NCBI RefSeq assembly: GCF_004010195.1
Contig: NC_057718.1
Coordinates: 18,733,978-18,753,977 of the forward strand
Reading direction: 5' to 3'
Length of the DNA: 20,000 bases
Source of the DNA: Chiloscyllium plagiosum
Taxonomy: Eukaryota
Shown here: positions 1 through 8,742 of the stretch, in pieces
Layout of the letters: each line of letters begins with the position of its first letter
Position numbering within the stretch: position 1 is the stretch's first letter
The notes under the pieces: model-generated
Told to the model about the DNA's origin: nothing
The model's input: the letters and a program-made list of their open reading frames with translations, nothing else
Databases searched by the model: none
Translations under genes and position numbers: made by a program

Positions 1-296
1 CAAGTTCACCAAAGTAACTCATCAAAGCTCCTTCAACAATACCTTCTAAAGAAAGTACCTAGAAGGGCAAGTGCAGCAAGTACAGGGGAACACCACTGCT
101 TGCAAGCTCACCTCCAAATTACCCACTGTCCTGATTTGGAACCATTCCTTCATTGTTGCCTGGTCAAAAGCCTGGATCTCTCTTTCTAACAGCTGTGTGG
201 ATGTCCCTACAGCCCAAGGACTGCATCATTTGAGGAAGGCAGTCACTTCCGTCACATTCTCCTGCATAATGTCCATGTCGCATGAATGAATAAAAA
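1..296 (+). mobile_element. 3' end of an old LINE (CR1/L2 superfamily)
   Basis: Ends in catgaatgaataaaaa (281-296). Colinear similarity to 14950-15205 (caccactgcttgcaagctcacctccaa vs taccacctgcaaattccccttcaag; ggtcaaaagcctgg vs ggattcaaatcctgg). Same tail as the SINE at 13825-14091. Confidence 0.6.
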
Positions 297-375
297 CATG
301 GAAATGTTTGAGTTATAAGAGATGAGTACTTGAAGTGACTTAAATATGTTGAAAAGGCTTTTATCAATGAGAGTT

Positions 376-568
376 GAAAAGTGAGGCACTGGAAAAACAC
401 AGCAGGTTAGGCAGCATCCGAGGAGCAGGAGAGTCAATGTTTTGGGCATAAGTCCTTCATCAGGCCAAATGTTGATTCTCCAGCTCCTCGGATGCTGCCT
501 GACCTGCTGTGCTTTTCCAGTGCCGCACTTTTCGACTCTGACTCTCCCACATCTGCAATCCTCACTTT
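376..568 (+). mobile_element. Penelope-derived palindromic mini-element (inverted pseudo-LTR arms)
   Basis: ~371-441 is the reverse complement of ~469-539. A decayed hammerhead core lies on the minus strand (cctgatgaaggacttatgcccaaaac). Flanked by an 18-bp TSD, cttttat[c/g]aatgagagtt, at 358-375 and 569-586. Confidence 0.85.
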
Positions 569-719
569 CTTTTATGAATGAGAGTTATATTTTTAATAAA
601 ATGAAGGCTTCAATAGATACGGAGAAGGTTATTTTACTTCATCTGAGTATGGCACTTCATGTCAGGCCATGGTTGCTACTGGGTCAGTTGGCATTGAAGA
701 CACAAGGGCAAAGTGTGGT

Positions 720-1204
720 GGTGGGTCATAGGTTTGGATGAGTTGCATAAGTTGGAATAGGGAATATAAAGGGATAGGGGGATGAGTTAGGGGAAAGGAA
801 GCTGTTGGTTGCCATGAGTTGGTATTAGGTTGGTGTGGAGGGAGGTCTAAGTGGTTGGTTGTAATTAGGTTGATGCCAGCCCCTGAATAAAGTCATGTTA
901 TCCCCTGCCAACTGCCATTCCCGTGCATCATCGGTATTAGCAAGATCACCGGATAGGCTTCGACACAGTAGCCATTTACGACTTTGTGCCAGCGAAAAGG
1001 TACTGGCCACAAAGGAACTCCCACCCCCACCAAGTGGGTTGGCATGTGGACACATAACCAGCAGCGGGTGTCTCTCCTCATTACACGGGCTGTCTGGGAA
1101 GCCAGGTGCAAAAAGCTTTTATGCAGAGGGGTGTCAGTTTAAAATCCATCTGTTCCCAAGGTCACAGTCCCCACAGTCACCACAGTCACAAGTATGGAAG
1201 GCAT
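720..1204 (-). pseudogene. env: Retroviral env, SU N-terminal remnant
   Basis: ATG at 1204 gives MPSILVTVVTVGTVTLGTDGF*TDTPLHKSFLHLASQTARVMRRDTRCWLCVHMPTHLVGVGVPLWPVPF. It has a hydrophobic leader and CWLC at 1052-1063, and lies immediately after the integrase C-terminus. No TM subunit is seen; the 3' limit is approximate. Confidence 0.7.
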
Positions 1205-2330
1205 CTTTGTTGTTATCGGAGTCGGTTTCCACGCTGATTCTTTTGCAGTCGGTTCTATGTATTCTGTGGGGCTGCCTTTGTACCTTCACAGCCATGGGGG
1301 TGGTCAACAGCACCTAAAACAGTCCTTACCATCTTGGTCCCAGCTTCTTTCATTCCAAGTCCTGGCTCGGCAGCGCGGTACTCCCCTTCAGGCAGATCAC
1401 CGATCTCTCGGTAAGCCTGGCATACCTGCGAATGCAAATTTTGGAGAGATTGGTTAGCCCCTGCAGGTAAGCCCTGACCTCCTCTCCCAGGGTGTTCATA
1501 TCTGGTCTCTCAGGGAGGGGGGGGGGGGGGGGGGGAGGATCGGACTATCCCATGGGGTCCTCATGGATTTCCCGTAAACCACCTCAGCAGGAGACAGACT
1601 GGTTTTGCTTGAAGGGGTAACCCTCATGTGGAAGAGGGCCAAGGGTAGGACCTTCAACCAACCTCTCCCTGTTTCCTGTTTTAGTATGGCCAGCTTATTT
1701 TTTTGGGGGGTACCATTTGCTCATTCCATCACTCCAGCCACCTTTAGGTGGTGAGTGCAGTGGAATTGTTGTTTTATTGCGAGTTCCCTGCAGATCCCCT
1801 GGTTAATTTTAGCCACAAAGTATAGCCCATTGTCTGAGCTTATTGTCTCTGGGAGTCCATAGTGGGGAATTATTTCTCTCAACAATATTTTTACCACTGT
1901 TGCAGCCGTGTTGTCTGTTGTTGGGATTGCCTCAGTCCATCCGCTGAATACATCTACTATTACAAAACAATACTTATAACATTGCTCCCTGGTTAATTCT
2001 ATGAAATCCAGTTGTAGACAATTGAAAGGCCCACCAGGCAAGGAGGTAGTCCCTGAACTGCAAGGTATCCCATTTCCAGCATTAGTCTTTCTGCGGATCA
2101 TGCTTTGGCTTGTTTCTCAGCTATTGTTTTGGAAATCAGGGTGCCACCAGGTTTGTAGCAAAATGCTGACCATTCCCTCCTTGCCTCGGTGTGTACCGTT
2201 ATGTACATAATCCACCAAGATTGGTCAAAGCAAAGAAGGAACATAGACCTGTCCCACAGTTTGCTATGAACATCAAGGGTGCACCCCATCTGTAACCCAC
2301 AGTCTGTGTTCCTCTGTAGGGGCGTCCCCC
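1205..2330 (-). pseudogene. pol: Retroviral integrase remnant
   Basis: Zinc-finger remnant YVHNGTHRGKEGM. Catalytic core PFNCLQLDFIEL...IVDVFSGWTEAIP...ISSDNG...AGVME*ANG (DDE). Followed by GWLKVLPLALFHMRVTP...SPAEVVYG and a C-terminal GPY/F-like module LGPRW*GLF*VLLTTPMAVKV...IH (~1250-1345). Confidence 0.92.
1517..1535. repeat. G19 homopolymer inside the integrase remnant
   Basis: Direct reading of the sequence. Confidence 0.95.
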
Positions 2331-2424
2331 TGGTAAGAAAGTATCTCACCCATGTCTGGCATACCCGTCCTCATACTTTTTGTAACGAGGCGTTGCTGTG
2401 AGCCCATTGGAACCAGGAAAGTGG

Positions 2425-2890
2425 ACTGTAACGCTGCCTGCTTGCTGGCGGCATCTATTTGCATGTTGCCCTTGGAGATTCTGTCAGCGGTACCAGTGTG
2501 AGCTTAACATTTGATCATCGCTAGGCTGGATGGTAACTGCAAGGCCTGCAAAAGATTATACACAAAAACAGCGTTACTAATGGGTTGCCCGATGGAGATT
2601 AAAAATCTCCTATGTTCCCATAAGGCGCCATGGTCGTGGGCAACACCGAAAGCAGAATGAGAGTCCGTATAAATATTGGCCAAACTCCCTTCCGCCCGGA
2701 TGCAAGCCCGAGTGAGGGCAAACAATTCAGCCTTCTGTCCTGACAGTGGAATCTCAAAGCCACTGGATCAACCACTTCAGAATCCATCGCAATCGTGTAT
2801 CTGGAGCATCACTGACCTGTAGGTGAAATAAAACAGCTGCCATCCACATAAAAAGCAAAGTCCGCATGTTCAAGTGGCAGGTCTGAGGTA
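2425..2890 (-). pseudogene. pol: Retroviral RNase H remnant
   Basis: DLPLEHADFAFYVDGSCF, then a frameshift to QKAELFALTRAC...ANIYTDSHSAFGVAHDHGALW...LAMIKC*AHT...GNMQIDAASKQAA. These are the D-E-D-H-D motifs of class I retroviral RNase H. Confidence 0.92.
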
Positions 2891-3790
2891 TTTCTGTCCC
2901 AATGAAATTCATCAGGACTGGCTGAAGGTGCATTGTGATCATGGGGCAGCTGAACAATCTCAGTTTTTGTGTGACTTGGGGTTGTTCTGGTCATCCCAAT
3001 AATAAATAAGGGCTCTCCTCATCTGTGTCCTGGTGTTCTCAGACCAATCCATATTATATGTGCATACCATACACGTGACACTCGAGGTGTCCTCTTTGAA
3101 TCTGTTGTTTAATTCATCGTAAGTCTGGGCTGGTCCCTTTCCGTCACCCTTGCCCATTTGTTCCTGCCACTTAGTAACTTTCTCTAGTGACAAGATCATA
3201 CAACAGAGGGCAAACAGATCCCAAGGTGTTGCATTGTCCATTTGAATTGTGTGCCAGACATATTGGGTGAATTGGATAGGTTTATCTTTAGCGACTGGAG
3301 CCTGATTCATTATCATGATCATCGCTTGGGGTTTCCAGGGGACATAGATCCCGATAATTGGTGGCTTGTCTTCCTCATCTGCCTTGGGGTTCAGTAGCTG
3401 TCTTATGGGGAGCACAGTTTTGGGTGAGTGACATGGAGATGGTGAACTCCAGTGCAAAGGTAACAGGGTGCCGCTGGTTTCCTAGAGCACATCTTAACCC
3501 GATCAGCTATACAGGTTTTCTCAGGACTCGGGTACAGCAACGGGGACGGAGTCATAGGGGGCTCAACGGGAGGCACCAGGGTAGCATCCCCATTCCCCCT
3601 CTACCTCGGTATCATTCCCTCCCTCCTCAAACAGGGTTGGTATGCCACACCTGAGCTCAGGATCCCAAGAAATGCTTAAGTTCTCCAGCTTTGTTGCTTT
3701 AGCCCCTCTTATTTATCTTATTCAGCTTTAGCTTCTTTATGCTGTTTCTCCTGTTCCCTTTTTCTTAAAATGCCATTAATACATCCAATA
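2890..3790 (-). pseudogene. gag: Retroviral gag remnant (charged/proline-rich region plus capsid)
   Basis: ORF 2960-3457 has YVPWKP...P...F...NATPWDLFAL, resembling the gamma/epsilon capsid N-domain. An MHR-like SPDEF..R lies near 2895-2920. Upstream are a Pro-rich PPVEPPMTPSPLLYPSP and a charged LRKREQEKQHKEAKAE. Position is 5' of pol. Confidence 0.65.
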
Positions 3791-5582
3791 AAGTATTACC
3801 TCCATACTGAATAGAAATAGTAGTGTAAAGAATCCTATCAATTAGATTTGTCCTACTCCTAGGCAAGCTTATCGAGTAAAAATAAAAGTGGCTACCGCGG
3901 AAAAGCTTCAACCTCTTGTTTCAGTGCCAGTGCTTTGCATGAGGAACACAAAGTCTCACTTTCCCTTAATGGTTCCTCACTTGCTTTGCTACCTCCATGT
4001 TTCCTCATATTGGCATAACTTCTGTCACCAATTGAACATTAATCAATGCAGCCATCCTTTAAAGTAACCATGAGGCAATGACACAGATCACTGACAATGT
4101 AGAAAGGTATGAAGCCTTGCCAATTAATTAATTAACTGTGATAATGCAGTTCAGGATAGTACAAATTGTTTTAAAATATTGAGTAATAAGCATATTTAAT
4201 GAGAGACAGAAACTGAACAAGTGACTAGACATCGTATTGTGAAGTAATAAGAACGAATAAACAGATTTCAAAGCCAAAGAAATGATTCAAATTTTAGTGT
4301 TGTATATATGAAATTGAGCAGGATTACATGCATATCCTACTTAGCTGACCAACTCACAAGTTTTCTTTCCTATCGAGTAGGAGTTTTGTTAAGAGTCTTT
4401 AATATAAACTGAAAATTCAATGGAACTGATCCCTTTGTGGCTTTCTAACTTCCTCAGTATAATACCTCAGGAATGGAGGAGCCTCACTCATGGGAAATGA
4501 GCCAACAGCCTCATGGAGTATCTGTAAACACCCACAACCCAGAGATATTAAGAATTAGCAGCTAACTATGAGCGCAGCAGTATTAGCCAAATGTTTAGCT
4601 AGAGGTGCAGCTAGTTCTGTTGCACAAATCATCAGTCAGAGAGATGTTGTCAGGGCCCTTAGGTTTACCTGTACGTAACATGCTCAGCCTGTTTCCCAAT
4701 ATCATGTGGAGGGAATCAAGTTGGCTAAAAGACTGTGCACTGGCAGCTCCGTAATCCCACTGACATCACTGGGATTGCAACTCGTCCCCAGTTTTGAAGA
4801 ACCAGGAGCCCAGGACACAAGGGTCACATGACACAGATCAGAAGGAAGCCACTGGGTAGAGGTTGAGTTGAAAAGGACAGGAGGGAAGGTCAGTTGTGAT
4901 GGGAGGTGAGGGAGACGTGTGACACTTTGGTACAGATACCTCATTCATGGAAGGGATCCTGCACCCAAGGCCTAAGCAGGGGTGACCTCCAGTTCCCTCA
5001 CCACTAAAACACTCTTGTCCCCTATCCTTGGCTGATGTGGCCATTCATTTAGCTGCTTAAGAGTTTCAGTAAGTGGACTGCCCCAGGCCTCCCCACTCTC
5101 TCAAATTTCAGACAGGTTGAGGGCAAGTGGGAAGGCTAGCTGGGGAATTTTGCAGGTCCCTACATTTACAAATCTGCTGGTTGCAGGGGACTCGTCAAAT
5201 TCTGCCCAATGTCAATGCTAAGAGGATGAGAATGGTTGCGAGTATAAAAAAGTGCAATGAAGCCAGAGGAATATAATTTTTAAAATGTGCTGAGCTGATA
5301 CTTTGTATTTACTTACAATAAGGATCATTTACTGCCAATTAGCACAGGAAACACTGACTCAGCTGTAGCATCCATAAAGGAACTGGAACAGTTTAACAGC
5401 AAATAGGTGTAAAAAGATATAAAAATGAAAAATAGTTCCATCAGGTTTGGGACCAGAATGGCAATTTTAATATTATAAATTAGTTGAATTACATTTCACC
5501 GACCAATGTCCTTGTGATGTGAGGTTTCTAAAGTAAAATATTTGGTAGCATATAATACAAAATCTATAGGAATGTGGGTGGC

Positions 5583-5599
5583 GGGGGGGGGGGGGGGGG
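5583..5599. repeat. G17 homopolymer
   Basis: Direct reading of the sequence. Confidence 0.95.
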
Positions 5600-6982
5600 T
5601 GCTATGGAGGGCCTTGTTAATATGAATTAGTAAGTGGCCAAAACATTCAAGTGTCAGCAAGGCGGCTACTCTTCCCTACAATTGCAATGGGTTTGACTAC
5701 AATCTTACAAAGCTCTACAACTGCACATGGGCCCTTCAGGATCGAGAAAAAGGCTTTTCTTTTGAGGGAATGTGTTGTTCTGATAAAGTGGGCTTTGCTC
5801 TCAAAATATGAACTTGTCCTTTATTTTCAGATATTGATAGATCTCCCACGTGTGTCCATTTCATAGTGCTTTGCTTTCAAATTGTCAGCACATTACTTCA
5901 AATCTCTCTTACAATCCACCTGGCAATGAAGCATTTCTCCCTGGTGAGTAAATGAAATGCTGGCATCTCAAGTTGTACAGCACTGTGTAAGCAGCACAAG
6001 CTTGCTTGGAATTCAAATGGAAGGATTATTTTATTGTCTACTTCCATAAATGCAGCAGCACTTTATTTTCAAATAAATATGAGTGAAGTTGGGAACTTTG
6101 CTCAGTTGTCCCTGTACATTATGTTTGGCAGCTGCTGCTCTTTAACCTTCAAAGGCTCTGCAGGAGATCAAGTATTCGGTCAATGTTGCACTAGTTAACT
6201 CAGTTGACAGTATCCTATATTCATTTGTGGAGATGCATTTTAGGGTTTGAAGTTCAGCTGGTATCTTATCTGCTTAACTGGTTTACACCCTAATTGTCTA
6301 GTGGCATTATTGCAGGGAATTGCGAGTGTCACAGCCAGCAGTCTTGTCCACCAGAAGAGGGTTTAGCTTGCCATACAGCCCCCTGTGGTTTGTAGCACAT
6401 AGTGGTTGCAGCATTTGATTGCATTGGCCTAAGGCTTAACAGTTCCCTTGTAGCTCCTTCATTCCATACATAATGCAAATAATATGAATAATAGTCAATA
6501 TTTCATCGTCAAGCCAAACAAGAAAAAAGGCAACATCCTTTTATCTATAATGTCATCAATATAACGCATTTGTTTATGTCATATACACATTTACTGTCGT
6601 GGTAACTCTGAACCTCTGACAAGTTGGAGAGAATTTACAGCTCCATAGAGTGTAATCAAACTGTACACAGCATGATAGATAGGAGAAATGGATTTAGAAA
6701 ACAGGAAATTCATCATAGCCCGAATTAAATTGTGTAAAGTTACTATGTCCTGAATCGTAGACTTTACAGACAGAATGGTTGTAGGCTCAAACAATTGGCC
6801 TCAGGACACCTGGATTGGGGACAGCAGATGTCAAAGGCAGTTCCCACTCTTGACTGCAATGTACTGACTTTCTGTTGGTATCAGGTACATATTTTGAATG
6901 GTTGTATGTCATTACCATGTATATTGGGAGTTACACAGCACACAGTGAAGATGAAGGATAACATTGAGTTCAATGTCTATTG

Positions 6983-7103
6983 AGGAGAAAGTGAGGTCTG
7001 CAGATGCTGGAGATCAGAGCTGGAAATGTGTTGCTGGAAAAGCGCAGCAGGTCAGCCAGCATCCAGGGAACAGGAGAATCGACGTTTCGGGCATAAGCCC
7101 TTC
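6983..7103 (-). mobile_element. Solo Penelope pseudo-LTR insertion, truncated at the hammerhead core
   Basis: Minus strand reads tgaagaagggcttatgcccgaaacgtcga...ccagcatctgcagacctcactttctcct. Perfect 14-bp TSD ttcaatgtctattg at 6969-6982 and 7104-7117. Confidence 0.9.
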
Positions 7104-7271
7104 TTCAATGTCTATTGGCCCTACACCAGCACAAGGAAACATTTGCAGGGCTAGGAGGAAAGAATAAAAGAGTGGGACTAAACCTACAACTCAAAAAGCT
7201 AGTTCAAGCATGATGACATAGGTGGTTTACCATTATATAATTCACAGAATGGTACCCAAACTATTTTGAGT

Positions 7272-7504
7272 CTAGATTAGAGTGATGCTGGTAAAGCACA
7301 GCAGTTCAGGCAGCATCCGAGGAGCAGTAAAATCGACGTTTCGGGCAAAAGCCCTTCATCGGGAATATAGGATTCCTGATGAAGGGCTTTTCCCCGAAAC
7401 GTCGATTTTACTGCTCCTCGGATGCTGCCTAAACTGCTGTGATTTTCCAGCACCACTCTAATCTAGACTCTGGTTTCCAGCATCTGCAGTCATTGTTTTT
7501 ACCT
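7272..7504 (+). mobile_element. Penelope-derived palindromic mini-element
   Basis: 99-bp inverted arms at 7268-7366 and 7372-7470 (6 mismatches by manual alignment), a 5-nt loop and a 34-bp unpaired tail. Perfect 14-bp TSD aaactattttgagt at 7258-7271 and 7505-7518. Confidence 0.92.
7372..7407 (+). ncRNA. Minimal type I hammerhead ribozyme motif of the PLE pseudo-LTR
   Basis: CTGATGA (7376-7382), stem II gggc-tttt-cccc (one mismatch), GAAA (7396-7399), then CGTC. Related copies: 7333-7363 (-), 7079-7107 (-), 435-463 (-) and 8617-8647 (+). Activity is not shown. Confidence 0.7.
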
Positions 7505-7940
7505 AAACTATTTTGAGTGCCTATTGACCTTCTAGAGTACAAATGCAAGAAACAATATGACATTCCCAGCAAAGCTTTGGCAAGTCAAAGCTAATGCAGG
7601 CTTCAACTGATTACAGATTGAGCTACCAATTTGGAATTTAGCAAGGCATATTAGTTGCAAACAGTATGTATTTAATTCCTATGTTGTGCTGCATGAAATG
7701 TTACTGCTTGCTACCTCTAAAAATGATGCAGACATCTAGTGCAATCCCAGGGCTCAGCTCATGTTGACAGGAAAGATAGGAACATTTCTCATGTGGTTTG
7801 TAACATCATTGGAGCTTCGAAATTGAGTTGCCTTTTTCTCCTTCTTTAGCATCTGTTGTGCTGCATTTATTTAATTCAAATGATCAGTTGTGATGGATTC
7901 AATATCGATTATCGTATGGTAAATCATGTTGTTTTGGCTG

Positions 7941-8611
7941 GAACTGGTACTCCAGGGAGCAGAGGCGGAGGAATTGCGAATAAGAGATAGAATTTTTGCA
8001 GAGGCAGGGTGGGAGAATGTGTAATCCAGGTAGCTGTGGGAGTTGATGGGTGTGTAGAAAATGTCAGTGTTGAGTCGGTCACTGTTGATGGAGATGGAGA
8101 GGTCCAGGAGGGGGACAGGGGTGTCAGAGATGGTCCAGGTGAATTTAAAGTCGGGGTGGAATGTGTTGGTGAAGTTGATGAACGGTTCAACCTCCTCGTG
8201 GGAGCAAGAGGTGGTGCCAATGCAGTCATCAATTTAGCGGAGGAAAAGGTGGGGAGTGGTGCCGGTGTAACTACAGAAGATAGACTGTTCCATGTAGCCA
8301 ACAAAGAGACAGGCCTAGCTGGAGCCCATGTGGATGCCCATGGATACCCCTTTTGTCTAGAGGAAGTGGGAGGATTCGAAGGAGAAATTGTTGAGGGTGA
8401 AGACCAGTTCAGCCAAACGAATAAGAGTGTCAGTGGAAGGGTACTGATGGGGACGTTGGGAGAGGGAGAAATGGAGGGTTGGGAGGCCCTGGTATTGGCG
8501 GATGGAGGTATACAGGAACTGGATGGCCATGGTAAAGATGAGGCATTGGGGGCCAGATAAACAGAAGTCTTGGAGGATGTGGAGGGCGTGGGTGGTGTCC
8601 CAAATGTATGT
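7941..8611 (-). pseudogene. Penelope-type reverse transcriptase fragment
   Basis: A frame absent from the ORF track reads TYIWDTTHALHILQDF...LNNFSF...KGVSMGIHMGSS*ACLF...LFLR*IDDC...HPDFKFT...LLDLSI...SHSYLDY, with the YIDD tyrosine mutated to a stop. Confidence 0.92.
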
Positions 8612-8742
8612 ATTTTCTGATGAAGGGCTTTTGCCTGAAACATTGATTTTCCTGCTTCTCAGATGCTGTCTGACCTGCTGTGCTTTTCCAACACCATCCT
8701 CTTGACTCTAATCTCCAACATCTGCAGTACTCACTTTTGCCT
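7941..8742 (+). mobile_element. Penelope insertion with 5' inversion: minus-strand RT fragment joined to a plus-strand pseudo-LTR
   Basis: 15-bp TSD atgttgtttt[g/a]gctg at 7926-7940 and 8743-8757. The pLTR at ~8615-8742 begins at ctgatgaagggcttttgcctgaaac. Confidence 0.88.

Larger units (their letters stand above)
700..3790 (-). mobile_element. Degenerate endogenous retrovirus (class I, gamma/epsilon-like), internally deleted, no LTR found
   Basis: Minus-strand order gag - RNase H - integrase - env, with recognisable motifs and many stops and frameshifts. Boundaries are approximate. Confidence 0.88.

Noticed and set aside
4700..5207. GC-richer block ending aaattctgccc, as a DNA-transposon TIR or an ERV LTR
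   Set aside because: No matching opposite TIR, no second LTR copy, and no PBS or PPT found.
6345..6390. CTCF-like motifs (ccaccagaagaggg, cagccccctgtgg)
   Set aside because: Both fit the core consensus poorly.
7924..8643. ORFs of 239 aa (-) and 183 aa (+, 8009-8560)
   Set aside because: Shadow frames of the Penelope RT, whose true frame is broken by stops.
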